DNA of 64,000 bases, taken from contig URPE01000004.1 in NCBI GenBank assembly GCA_900549625.1, positions 10,885 to 74,884 of the forward strand, in the 5' to 3' direction. A program made the translations under genes and the position numbers. Of the stretch, positions 28,660 to 38,572 are shown one piece after another. Origin of the DNA: an uncultured Mycoplasmatota bacterium. Lineage in GTDB: Bacteria; Bacillota_I; Bacilli_A; RF39; UBA660. Position 1 is the stretch's first letter, and each line of letters opens with the position of its first letter. The notes below the pieces were generated by a model, which did no database searches, was not told the origin of the DNA, and saw nothing but the letters and a program-made list of their open reading frames with translations.

Positions 28660-28974
28660 TTATTTAGTGTTCTCTTCATTTGTTATAACGACACCCCATT
28701 TAGCATAATATACTGAGTCCTTTTGAATGATTGTTTTTTCATCTAATCTATTATTATCTTCATCATACCAACCAATGAAAACATGTTCATTTTTTTGTGG
28801 GCTATCAATTTCTTTTAATGATGTGTTTTTACGAATGTTTACTGTTTTATAGAGATTATTATCTACTATGAATGCTACTTGGTATACATCTGTTTTAATA
28901 TATATTATTAACATATAAAACAATATACATATTAAAAATATTGTGAGAAAAATACTTTTTTTCAAGATTTTCAC
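28660..28974 (-). CDS. small membrane-anchored protein with one Listeria-Bacteroides (Flg_new) repeat
   Basis: N-terminal TM. FIGWYDEDNNRLDEKTIIQKDSVYYAKW matches the repeat pattern. Confidence 0.55.
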   Translation of the reverse strand: MKILKKSIFLTIFLICILFYMLIIYIKTDVYQVAFIVDNNLYKTVNIRKNTSLKEIDSPQKNEHVFIGWYDEDNNRLDEKTIIQKDSVYYAKWGVVITNEENTK

Positions 28975-29024
28975 CTCAGATACTTAATTTATAAATAAAT
29001 TGGCTTTAAACCAATAATTGTTTA

Positions 29025-29100
29025 ATGGTGCTGAAAACAGGACTCGAACCTGCGACCTACGCGTTACGAGGGCGTTGCTCTACCAGCTGAGCTAATTCAG
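29025..29100 (-). tRNA. tRNA-Thr (anticodon CGT)
   Basis: Reverse complement folds as a cloverleaf: GCTGAAT acceptor, GCTC/GAGC D stem, loop CTCGTAA, TTCGAGT T loop, encoded CCA. There is one mismatch each at 7-66 and 31-39. Confidence 0.8.
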
Positions 29101-29158
29101 CATAGATACATTATAATGCAAAAATAAAAAAAATTCTATAAAAAGTGCGAAAAAAATA

Positions 29159-29186
29159 TTGATATTTATTTATGATGTGATATAAT
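29159..29186 (+). promoter_or_regulatory. promoter of tRNA-Gly
   Basis: TTGATA-N16-TGATATAAT (extended -10). Confidence 0.55.
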
Positions 29187-29204
29187 TAAGTGGTCAAAGC
29201 AAAT

Positions 29205-29278
29205 GCAGGTGTAGTTAAATGGTATAACTCTAGCCTTCCAAGCTAATATCGGCAGTTCGATTCTGCTCACCTGCTCCA
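29205..29278 (+). tRNA. tRNA-Gly (anticodon TCC)
   Basis: GCAGGTG acceptor, anticodon loop CTTCCAA, GTTCGATTC T arm, encoded CCA, 74 nt. Confidence 0.9.
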
Positions 29279-29318
29279 TAAGATAATATCGTTACACCAA
29301 TGTGACGTTAGATTTAAG

Positions 29319-29343
29319 TCAACTAGAAATAGTTGATTTTTTT
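29319..29343 (+). terminator. intrinsic terminator after tRNA-Gly
   Basis: TCAACTA/TAGTTGA hairpin followed by T7. Confidence 0.65.
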
Positions 29344-29561
29344 GTGCGTTTGTGAATAATGAGTGAAAATGATAGTAATTTATATTAAAAAAGCCTCTTG
29401 TATTCGAAGAGGTTTTTTGTGTTGAAGAAATGCGAAAAAAAATATGATGCTGTATCAAAATTTGTATCAAAAGAAATTGAAATAAGGTAGGTGATGAAAT
29501 TATTAGATTTGAAAGAATGTTAAATTTAAAGAGTGTGTAAGAAATTTTATTTACACACTCT

Positions 29562-30263
29562 TTAAAATCTTTTTAATCTTTTTACTGGACCTTCTTGTTT
29601 GTGAGGAGCAAATGCATTCATTGTTTCGTCCCAGCCTTCAATAACATCCATTAATGTATTATCTCCTCTTTCATCTAAAACATCCCAATATTCTCTAGGA
29701 AGTGGACTTTCATTTACACCTGTGAACATTCTATGTCCTGCTTGTTGTTCTGCTCTAAATTGTCTTCTTCTGCGTTCTAATTCTCTAGGATTAGTTACTT
29801 CTTCACCATTAGTATAAAATGTTATATCTTCAGCCATTGTTTCTTTCCAACCGAATAATTGGCAATTATCTTTAGCAAATCTTCCTGTAAAGAATGTTTT
29901 ACGAATTTTCATAATATCTTCAAAAGTTAAATCCTTTTTGTATCCAAAATATTTAAGAAGTGCCGCTAAATTACAAGCATCCTTTATAACTATACTATTT
30001 TTACCTAAATTTAAACAAGTTTCATCATCAGTAACATTAAGAATAGGATAATTTGGAGATCTATATAATAAGTCGTTAGATAATTTATCTTCATTTGGTA
30101 CAAATAACATACTTCTATAACTTCTCCAAGAACTTGTACTTAATTGTCCTGGCTTAGTTTTAAAAAAGTCGTGGTCGCCATCATAACGATATATACTATC
30201 TGTTCTTACAACTTCTCCAACATAAATATTATCTCTACACACTACATATTTTTTGTTTTCCAT
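29562..30263 (-). CDS. hypothetical cytoplasmic protein
   Basis: 233-aa ORF with SD (AGGGAGG) and a hairpin at its 3' end. No family recognised. Confidence 0.5.
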   Translation of the reverse strand: MENKKYVVCRDNIYVGEVVRTDSIYRYDGDHDFFKTKPGQLSTSSWRSYRSMLFVPNEDKLSNDLLYRSPNYPILNVTDDETCLNLGKNSIVIKDACNLAALLKYFGYKKDLTFEDIMKIRKTFFTGRFAKDNCQLFGWKETMAEDITFYTNGEEVTNPRELERRRRQFRAEQQAGHRMFTGVNESPLPREYWDVLDERGDNTLMDVIEGWDETMNAFAPHKQEGPVKRLKRF

Positions 30264-30413
30264 ACAAAAACCTCCCTTTAATTGCTATATATAATAGCAT
30301 AAATTAGTTAAAATTACAAATCTTAATTTGTTTTATAAATCACAATATGTTTAAACTTCACTTGTTTTTTACGTGTATTTATAGTAACATTTCATTATAT
30401 ATGGGGTGAGATT

Positions 30414-33400
30414 ATGAAGAAAATTTTAGATGGAAATAAAGCAGCAGCATTGAATGCTTATTTATTTAGTGAAGTGGCCGCAATTTATCCGATTACGCCT
30501 TCTAGTACTATGGCAAGTGAAATAGAATTATTAAAAGATAAGAATAAAAAAAATCTATTTCATGAAAGTGTAGAGATAGAAGAAATGCAAAGTGAAGCTG
30601 GGGCTGCAGGGGCGATGCATGGGGCGTTATTAACAGGGTCTTTAGCGACAACTTTTACAGCTAGTCAAGGACTACTTTTAATGATTCCTAATATGTATAA
30701 AATGGCAGGTGAATGTCTACCTGGTGTTATTCATGTGGCTTCAAGAACTATTGCTACACACGCTTTATCGATTTTTGGCGATCACTCTGATATTTATGCA
30801 GTTCGAGATACTGGATTTTGTATTTTAGCAAGCAGTAGTGTAGAAGATGCTTATTATATGTCTATCGTAGCTCATTTAGCTGCTATTAAAGGGTCTTTGC
30901 CATTTGTACATTTTTTTGATGGTTTTAGAACTAGTCATGAAATTAATGTTATTGATGGGTTAGATGATAAAGATATACTTAGTCTTATTAATAAAGATGC
31001 TTTAAATAGATTTAAAGAAAGAGCTTTAAATGTTGGTAAGGCTATGCAATATGGTATGAGTGAAATGGAAGACATATATTTTCAAAGTGTTGAAGCACGT
31101 AATAAGTTGTATGAAGATATGCCTAATATTGTTAATGATTATATGGAAAGTATTAATAAACTTGCTCATACGAACTATAAACCATTTACTTATTATGGTG
31201 ATGAAAAGGCTCGTTTTGTAGTAGTTAGTATGGGTTCTGTTTCTGATACAATTAAATTAGTAATAGATAAAGAAAATAGACAAGGGGGGAGTTATGGTTT
31301 AGTTGAAGTACATTTATATAGACCATTTAGTAAAAAATATTTTTTAGATGCTTTACCTAAAACAAGCGAAGTAGTAACTGTTTTATCAAGAGTTAAAAAT
31401 CATGGTAGTATGGAACCTCTTTATTTAGATGTTTTAAATGTTTTAAAAGATAAAAAAATAACAGTTTTGGGAGGACATTATGGATTATCTGGTAAAGATA
31501 CAACCCCTAGTGACATTTATAGCGTACTAAAAATGATGGAAGAAAATCCAGTTAATGACTTTTCCTTAGGAATAGTTGATGATGTTACAAATAAAAGTTT
31601 GAAACCTTGCAAATATGAACTTGATATGGCATGGGTAGAAGCACAAATATTTGGCTTTGGTAGTGATGGCATGGTTACTTGTAGTAAAGACATTTTAAAT
31701 ATTTTAGGTAATAATTATTATGTACAAGGTTATTTTGCTTATGATTCTAAAAAATCTGGTGGTGTAACAGTTAGTCATTTAAGATATGGTAAAGATAAAA
31801 TAAAAGCGCCTTTTTATGTTACTAATAGTAAAATAATTGTTGTTACTAAGGCTAGTTATTTTAAAGAGTTTTCTTTATTAGATACATTAGTTAAAGGGGG
31901 TACTTTAATTGTAAATAGTAAAGATACTGAGTTTTTAAATAATTTAACTTTAGAAAACTATGAAAATTTAAAGAATAAAAATATTAAGTTATTTATAGTA
32001 GATGCGGATGAGTTAGCAGAATTACATCATATACCAGGAAAAATAAGTATGATTATGGAGGCTGTTATATTAAATATGCTTGGTATTACTGATTATGAAG
32101 AAATATTAGTTAAAAGAATTAAGGAAAAGTTCATTAGTAAGGGTGAAGATATTGTTAATAATAATATTTTATCGATAAAAGATGCGACTAAGAATGTTTA
32201 TAGAATAGAACAAGTAATTGGTAATAGTTTGGAAGATAAATCAAAAGATGTATTTGACGTGATGAAGAAAAGATGTGGTAACTTACTTAAAGTAAGTGAA
32301 TGCATGTCTTTTGCAAATGGAGCTTTCCCTGGTGGTAATAGTAAAAGAGAAAAAGGATTCAATACAACAAAAGCACCTAAATGGAATAAAGATTATTGTA
32401 TACAATGTGGTATGTGTTCCCTTGTTTGTCCACATGGGGTTATAAGACCATTTTTGACGGATAAAAATATAGGTTTAAAAGAACTTGGTAAGGGTAATAA
32501 TAATTTTATTATTAGTGTATCAGAACAAAATTGTACAGGATGTGGTTTATGTATAGAGGCTTGTCCTGGTAAGAATGGTATAAAGGCTTTAGAGTTTGGG
32601 GACCCATGTTTAGAGAAACAGCGAGAGTTTGATTATTATGAAAAAAATAATAAAAATGATGAAACTATAAGTGCTTATACGGTTAAAGGAAGTCAATTGT
32701 TAGAACCAAAATTTAAATATTCGGGAGCTTGTGCTGGTTGTGGGGAAGCTTCTTATATAAAACTAATGACACAGTTATATGGTGATAATATAGTGATAGC
32801 AAATGCAACAGGATGTTCATCTATATATGGCGGGTCTACCCCTTATACGCCTTACAGTATACCATGGGCTAATTCTTTATTTGAAGATAATGCCGAGTTT
32901 GCTTTAGGAATGCATTTATCTTATCAAAATAAACAAAAGAGAATAAAGAATATTATGGAAGGTACTAAAGAACTAGTTACTAGTGAGGTAAAAGAGTTAT
33001 TTTGTGAATACTTAGAAAATTGTAATGACTACAAAAAGACTAGAGAAATAAAGAATAAGTTAGAAAATATGGAAATACCTTATGACTTACGAGAATTACT
33101 TAATTATATTCCAGCACGCATGGTGGTAGCAGTAGGTGGAGATGGTTGGGCTTATGATATTGGTTTTGGTGGGCTTGATCATGTGTTACATAGTAATGAA
33201 AACATAAAAATAATGGTGCTTGATACGGAGGTTTATTCTAATACGGGAGGACAAGCTAGTAAGTCGACAAGACTAGGGGCAGTGGCCGAGTTTACTAATA
33301 TGGGTAAGAAAACACAAAAAAAAGATTTGTTTAGATATGCAATGGGAATACCAAATGTTTATGTAGCAAGTGTTTCTTTAGGGGCTAGTCCTATGCAAAC

Positions 33401-33752
33401 TATTAGGGCTTTTAAAGAAGCAATGGAACATGTAGGACCAAGTTTATTAATTTGCTATTCACCATGTATTGAACAAGGAATTAAAAATGGTATGACGTGT
33501 TCTTTAGAAGAACAAAAGTTAGCGATTAAGGCAGGTTATAATTTACTTATGCGTTATGATGGGACAAGTGAGACACTTACTATTGATTCAAAAGAACCAG
33601 ATTTTGGCTTATACGAAGAATTATTAAATAAAGAAGTTCGTTATAAAGCTTTAAAGATTAAAGATGAGAATTTAGCAAATGAATTATTAAAAATGCAGAA
33701 AGATAATGCTATTAAACGTTATAAGTATTATGAAAATTTGGTGAAAAAGTAG
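30414..33752 (+). CDS. nifJ: pyruvate:ferredoxin (flavodoxin) oxidoreductase
   Basis: 1112 aa. Two 4Fe-4S motifs (CIQCGMCSLVCP, CTGCGLCIEACP). TPP-binding GGDGWAYDIGFGGLDH. Confidence 0.9.
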   Translation: MKKILDGNKAAALNAYLFSEVAAIYPITPSSTMASEIELLKDKNKKNLFHESVEIEEMQSEAGAAGAMHGALLTGSLATTFTASQGLLLMIPNMYKMAGECLPGVIHVASRTIATHALSIFGDHSDIYAVRDTGFCILASSSVEDAYYMSIVAHLAAIKGSLPFVHFFDGFRTSHEINVIDGLDDKDILSLINKDALNRFKERALNVGKAMQYGMSEMEDIYFQSVEARNKLYEDMPNIVNDYMESINKLAHTNYKPFTYYGDEKARFVVVSMGSVSDTIKLVIDKENRQGGSYGLVEVHLYRPFSKKYFLDALPKTSEVVTVLSRVKNHGSMEPLYLDVLNVLKDKKITVLGGHYGLSGKDTTPSDIYSVLKMMEENPVNDFSLGIVDDVTNKSLKPCKYELDMAWVEAQIFGFGSDGMVTCSKDILNILGNNYYVQGYFAYDSKKSGGVTVSHLRYGKDKIKAPFYVTNSKIIVVTKASYFKEFSLLDTLVKGGTLIVNSKDTEFLNNLTLENYENLKNKNIKLFIVDADELAELHHIPGKISMIMEAVILNMLGITDYEEILVKRIKEKFISKGEDIVNNNILSIKDATKNVYRIEQVIGNSLEDKSKDVFDVMKKRCGNLLKVSECMSFANGAFPGGNSKREKGFNTTKAPKWNKDYCIQCGMCSLVCPHGVIRPFLTDKNIGLKELGKGNNNFIISVSEQNCTGCGLCIEACPGKNGIKALEFGDPCLEKQREFDYYEKNNKNDETISAYTVKGSQLLEPKFKYSGACAGCGEASYIKLMTQLYGDNIVIANATGCSSIYGGSTPYTPYSIPWANSLFEDNAEFALGMHLSYQNKQKRIKNIMEGTKELVTSEVKELFCEYLENCNDYKKTREIKNKLENMEIPYDLRELLNYIPARMVVAVGGDGWAYDIGFGGLDHVLHSNENIKIMVLDTEVYSNTGGQASKSTRLGAVAEFTNMGKKTQKKDLFRYAMGIPNVYVASVSLGASPMQTIRAFKEAMEHVGPSLLICYSPCIEQGIKNGMTCSLEEQKLAIKAGYNLLMRYDGTSETLTIDSKEPDFGLYEELLNKEVRYKALKIKDENLANELLKMQKDNAIKRYKYYENLVKK

Positions 33753-33813
33753 GATTTTATAACACAATGGTTGTTTGTTATGATAGAATGATTACTGGAA
33801 GTGAGGATTTTTT

Positions 33814-34413
33814 ATGAAATTTTTAAGAAATGGACTATTTGTAGTTATTTTAACTTTTTTGTTTACTTTAAATGTAAATGCTTCTGTTAAAGGAGAAACA
33901 CTTAAAGAAGCATGTGAAGCAGAAGGACTAACTTGTAATTTTAAAGAGAAAGATACTAGTAAGTTACCAAGTGTATATGTTTTTCGTGGTACTGGTTGTG
34001 GGTATTGTAAAAGACTTATTACACATTTAGCAAGTATTTATGATGAATATAGTGATAAAGTTAATATTGTTTTATATGAGGTAACTAGTAATCAAGACAA
34101 TTATGCTTTATATGAAAAGGTAGCTGCTAAGTTTTCTGATACTGTACAAGGATATCCTTATTTAGTAATTGGTAAAACTAAGTTTGATGGTTATGCTAGT
34201 AGTTTTGATAGTGATATTAAAGCAGCCTTAGATAACATGAATAGTGAATCATATGATGTTGTGGCTGAAGTTAATGCTGGTAATACTGATATTGTTGAAG
34301 CAGAAAGCGTTAACAGTGAAGAAAAGAATAATACAGGAGCAGTTTTAGCTTTTATATTTGGTGTAGTTGTTGTTCTTGGTGTTATTATGGGTTATAGTGT
34401 TAAAAAGAAATAG
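33814..34413 (+). CDS. secreted thioredoxin-fold protein (CGYC) with C-terminal anchor
   Basis: Signal peptide. VFRGTGCGYCKRL CxxC motif. C-terminal EKNNTG, then hydrophobic stretch, then KKK. Confidence 0.6.
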   Translation: MKFLRNGLFVVILTFLFTLNVNASVKGETLKEACEAEGLTCNFKEKDTSKLPSVYVFRGTGCGYCKRLITHLASIYDEYSDKVNIVLYEVTSNQDNYALYEKVAAKFSDTVQGYPYLVIGKTKFDGYASSFDSDIKAALDNMNSESYDVVAEVNAGNTDIVEAESVNSEEKNNTGAVLAFIFGVVVVLGVIMGYSVKKK

Positions 34414-34554
34414 ATTTAAGTCTATTTTTTTTTGATGTTAATTAAATTATAAAATTTAATGATTATGGAACAATTTATATGTTTTATCTGTTAGTTAAAG
34501 ATAAGTAGTAATGCTACTTTCTTTTTTTATTCATATAATATTTTGAGGTGACTT

Positions 34555-35631
34555 ATGAATAAATTAAAAGTAGTTGTTTATGCTATTGCTAAAGATGAAA
34601 GTAAATATGTTAATAAATGGGTAAGTTCAATGAGTGAGGCTGATGAAATAATTGTTTTAGATACAGGGTCAACTGATGATACAGTAGAGTTATTAAAAAA
34701 ACAAAATGTTAAAGTTTATGAAAGTAAAATTAGTCCTTGGCGTTTTGATACAGCGAGAAATAAGTCTTTAAGTTATGTAGCAAATGATACTGATATATGT
34801 GTATGTACTGATTTAGATGAGGTATTTGAAAGTGGTTGGCGTAAAATACTAGAAGAAAATTGGGAACCTGGTATTACTACAAGAGCTCGTTATAATTATA
34901 ATTGGAAATTAGATGAAGAAAATAATCCATTAGTAAGTTTTTGTATTAATAAAATTCATGGGCGTGACAATTATACTTGGACTCATCCTGTCCATGAAGT
35001 TTTAGAGTGTTCTAAAGAAGAAAGGGAAAAATACGTTCCTATTACTTTGAATCATTATCCAGATAAAAATAAATCGCGGTCTTCATATTTGCCTTTACTA
35101 GAATTAAGTGTTAAAGAAAGTCCAGAAGATGATCGTAACCTGCATTACTTAGGCCGTGAATATATGTTTCATAATAGGTGGCTTGATGCGATTAAAACAC
35201 TTCACAAGCATATCCATTGTCCTTTTGCTACCTGGAAAGATGAAAGATGTGCTTCCATGCGTTTTATGGGACGTTCTTATGATGCTTTAGGACTATCTGA
35301 AGAAGCTGAATATTGGTTTTTACAAAGTATAAAAGAAGCTCCATATTTAAGAGAAGGGTATGTTGAACTTGCTAGTTTTTATATTTTAAAAGATAATTAT
35401 GAGTCTGCTTATTCGTTACTTAAAAAGGCTTTAAAAATTAAAGAAAAAAGCAAATCTTATATAAATGAAGAATTTGCTTGGAATGATGCTTTTTATGATT
35501 TACTTAGTCTTGCAGCATATTATACTAATCATAAAAAAGAATCTCTTACTTATGTTAAGAAAGCTATTAAATTAAATCCTAAGAATACTAGGTATCAAGA
35601 GAATTTAAGTATTATTAAACAAAATTTATAA
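34555..35631 (+). CDS. glycosyltransferase-like domain fused to TPR repeats
   Basis: VVYAIAKDE..VLDTGSTDDT N-terminal GT2-like motif. The C-terminal half is TPR-like. Confidence 0.6.
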   Translation: MNKLKVVVYAIAKDESKYVNKWVSSMSEADEIIVLDTGSTDDTVELLKKQNVKVYESKISPWRFDTARNKSLSYVANDTDICVCTDLDEVFESGWRKILEENWEPGITTRARYNYNWKLDEENNPLVSFCINKIHGRDNYTWTHPVHEVLECSKEEREKYVPITLNHYPDKNKSRSSYLPLLELSVKESPEDDRNLHYLGREYMFHNRWLDAIKTLHKHIHCPFATWKDERCASMRFMGRSYDALGLSEEAEYWFLQSIKEAPYLREGYVELASFYILKDNYESAYSLLKKALKIKEKSKSYINEEFAWNDAFYDLLSLAAYYTNHKKESLTYVKKAIKLNPKNTRYQENLSIIKQNL

Positions 35632-37170
35632 TCTTTTAGCGTGAATAACTAATCTTTCATTGTCTCCTGTACAAGTGGATAAAGTAAGTAAGTAATCTTC
35701 ACTTGTAACAGATATATCAAAATTAGTTATACTTCTTTCTTTTACTTTATCTATATATTCTTGTTTATCTTCTAATGTGTCAAAAGAAACTCTTAAATAA
35801 TCACTTGTTTTTCTTATTGTATAAATAGAAAATATTTGCCAGTTCATTGTTTCATACATAGTATTAAAACTAATTATTAAATTGTCTTTGTTTGTATACC
35901 AACTAGAGTTAAGAGCTCTATGCAAAGTGCCAAACATAACTCCACTATAGTACATATTGTGGCCATATATGATGGTATTATCATTTAAAAATTTATCTGA
36001 GTTTCTAAAGTCCATATAAATCCAACCATTTTTATCATTTTCACCATAGAAGTTTTTCTTTAAATAATAGTCATTGTCGGCATATTGAACTACAGGATAA
36101 TCAACATTAGTATTATTAACTTTTAAATAACCAACTACATCTTTATTTATTTCTAAAAGAGAGGCAATATACTTATTTTTTATGATAAGTCCTTCTTCTG
36201 TTTTTTCTTCTATGTTAGTGTCATTATTTTTTTGTTCATCTATTTTCTTTTGGACAGCCTCACTAATACTACTGACTTCCCTCATAGCTAAATAATTACT
36301 AGTCATAACATAACCTACTGTTCCTAAAAGTAAAACAACTAAAATAATGCCACATACTTTTAATGTATTTAAACTTATTTGTTTCATTAAATTACTTTTA
36401 ATATATTCATCAGAATAAACAAGATTAATATATATTTTTTTACTTTTATACTTTTTATTTAGATTTTTTAAATAATGGAATTCTTCTTCACTATTAATAT
36501 TTTCGCAGATGCCAATACTAACATTTTTAACACGATAAGCCAAAAGTGTCTCTAATAAAAATTCTAAATCCATTCTATTATATTTGTAAATTAAAATTCT
36601 TTTTAAATATTTATTAATTTTTAAGAATGATTCAAAGTCTTCTTTGTCTTCATCGGTTAGAGTGTTTTGTAATTTAATTTCTTTTTTGTAAAATATTTTA
36701 GCATAATCAGTAAGAAAGTTATTTTGCATAAAATTAGAAATATAGAAAACTTCACTATGGGTTGTAACTAAAACATGGTGTTTATCTAGATAATCGAGCA
36801 TGAAATTAGCTACTTCATAACAATCAAGTTCTTTAATAGAGTTTTTTACAATTACTTCACAAAGACTATATGGTATACATTCTTTGTTTTTAATACTTAC
36901 TTTTTGAATAGCAATATTCTTAAATAAAGATAACATGAATAATGCAATACTTGCATTTTGGAAAGTAAGGGTATTAATATGATTCATACTACATAATTCT
37001 TTGAAAAAAGGGATAACTATTTTTTTGTTTTCTAAAATATAATCATCACTAAAAACAATTTCACTATCACTTATTATGTTTGTATTCATTAAGTCTTCTC
37101 TTATTAAAGAGTTTCTTTTATAAGCAAAATATAAAGTATTACCTTGTATTTGAATAACAATTTTCTTCAT
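35626..37170 (-). CDS. class B sortase domain fused to a ~270-aa N-terminal cytoplasmic domain of unknown function
   Basis: C-terminal DVVGYLKV..VDYPVVQ, IYGHNM and TLSTC motifs. One TM at about residues 275-295. ATG 37170 with SD GGTGG is preferred. Confidence 0.75.
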   Translation of the reverse strand: MKKIVIQIQGNTLYFAYKRNSLIREDLMNTNIISDSEIVFSDDYILENKKIVIPFFKELCSMNHINTLTFQNASIALFMLSLFKNIAIQKVSIKNKECIPYSLCEVIVKNSIKELDCYEVANFMLDYLDKHHVLVTTHSEVFYISNFMQNNFLTDYAKIFYKKEIKLQNTLTDEDKEDFESFLKINKYLKRILIYKYNRMDLEFLLETLLAYRVKNVSIGICENINSEEEFHYLKNLNKKYKSKKIYINLVYSDEYIKSNLMKQISLNTLKVCGIILVVLLLGTVGYVMTSNYLAMREVSSISEAVQKKIDEQKNNDTNIEEKTEEGLIIKNKYIASLLEINKDVVGYLKVNNTNVDYPVVQYADNDYYLKKNFYGENDKNGWIYMDFRNSDKFLNDNTIIYGHNMYYSGVMFGTLHRALNSSWYTNKDNLIISFNTMYETMNWQIFSIYTIRKTSDYLRVSFDTLEDKQEYIDKVKERSITNFDISVTSEDYLLTLSTCTGDNERLVIHAKRL

Positions 37171-37213
37171 GTATACCACCAATTTCTATTCTCTTTATTA
37201 TAATATCATATTT

Positions 37214-37302
37214 TACACACTTTGTGTGTATTTACACTAGAATTTGTAAAAAAGTAAAATTAAGATGAAAAATGTAGAAAAAATGTATTTTTATGGTATA
37301 AT
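37214..37302 (+). promoter_or_regulatory. divergent control region: palindrome plus extended -10 promoter
   Basis: TACACAC-TTT-GTGTGTA (37214-37230). TGGTATAAT at 37294-37302. Confidence 0.45.
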
Positions 37303-37334
37303 TGGTCTATAATAAAAAAAGAAAGAAGAGGTAT

Positions 37335-38042
37335 ATGATGAAAAAAAGAAATTTTGTATGGTTTGTTTTAATGCTAGTTAGTGTACTAGGTTTTCCAATG
37401 AGTACTTATGCTGCTAGTGGTGCTATTTTCGGAGCAAATTCTGATGGTTATGTTAGTTCAACAAAAACATTTGATGAAGCTAAGACTACTTTAAACGGTA
37501 ATGCTGTAAGTGTTCAAAATCAAGGTGATAGTACAGTTATTTACTTAGGTGTTAAGGTTACAGATGGTACTGTTAATAATTTCAATGCGACATTAACTTT
37601 ATCAAAATCAACATTTAAGTTTAAAAAATATGCTCGTGCTTCTGGTTGGAGTGGCTCTATTAAAGACAATGGCGATGGAACTATCAGTGTTAATTTAACA
37701 AATGCTACTGGTGTTACAAAATCAACTGGTGACGCTAATGGTAATAACTTAGTTGCAACAATTACATTAGATGCATCTGGGGCTACATCTACAGATACTT
37801 GTGAAATTGGTTTAAAACAAAACACTACTACTACTGAAACACCAAAATGTAAAATTGAAAATGGTAAATACTATGATAACAGTGGTAAAGAAGTAACTGA
37901 AGCTGAATACAAAGCTGCTTGTGAAACTACTGAAAATCCTCAAACAGGTTCATTCTTGCCATATGCTGTAATTGTTGGTGGCGTTTTAGTTGCTGGTGCA
38001 TTATATTTCATGACTAAGAAAAATAAAATATATCATATATAA
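37335..38042 (+). CDS. cell-wall-anchored protein (cohesin-like beta domain) with NPQTG sorting signal
   Basis: Signal peptide. C-terminal NPQTG, then hydrophobic stretch, then KKNK. The TTG start at 37302 is rejected because it overlaps the -10 box. Confidence 0.7.
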   Translation: MMKKRNFVWFVLMLVSVLGFPMSTYAASGAIFGANSDGYVSSTKTFDEAKTTLNGNAVSVQNQGDSTVIYLGVKVTDGTVNNFNATLTLSKSTFKFKKYARASGWSGSIKDNGDGTISVNLTNATGVTKSTGDANGNNLVATITLDASGATSTDTCEIGLKQNTTTTETPKCKIENGKYYDNSGKEVTEAEYKAACETTENPQTGSFLPYAVIVGGVLVAGALYFMTKKNKIYHI

Positions 38043-38125
38043 TTAAGGGCAAGGAAACTTGCTTTTTTCTTTGACTTGAAATATCTTAGAAATTTGTTTA
38101 TACTTGTATTAGAAAGTAGGATTTT

Positions 38126-38572
38126 ATGAAGAAAGGGTTTACTTTGATTGAAGTATTAGCAGTTTTAGTTATTTTAGCACTTTTAGCTTTGGTGGCTGTT
38201 CCTGGGGCAATGCGTATTTCAGGGGATATGAAAAAAGAGTTGTATTGTAAGAAAGTTAATCTTATTTTAAATGATATTAAAAGATATGGAGATGAACATA
38301 TAAGTAGTTTAAGTACTAGTTGCTATAAACAATTTAGTGTTAAAGAAATTGTAAGTATGGGTATTACTAAAAGAGAAGATAAAGATAGTGATATATATAT
38401 TAAAAATCCATTTACTAATTTAGCTATGGATGATGATAAAATACTTCTTTATGTTAAAAATAATCGGGCATATGCTTATTATGTTCCTAGTTATAGTGAT
38501 GATGCAGATTTATTAAAAAAAGAATGTAATTTGCAAATAATTGATATTAATAATGTGAGGTTGTGTAATTAA
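38126..38572 (+). CDS. type IV pilin-like (prepilin-type N-terminal cleavage/methylation) protein
   Basis: MKKGFTLIEVLAVLVILALLA is a class III signal (G/FTLIE). Confidence 0.8.
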   Translation: MKKGFTLIEVLAVLVILALLALVAVPGAMRISGDMKKELYCKKVNLILNDIKRYGDEHISSLSTSCYKQFSVKEIVSMGITKREDKDSDIYIKNPFTNLAMDDDKILLYVKNNRAYAYYVPSYSDDADLLKKECNLQIIDINNVRLCN

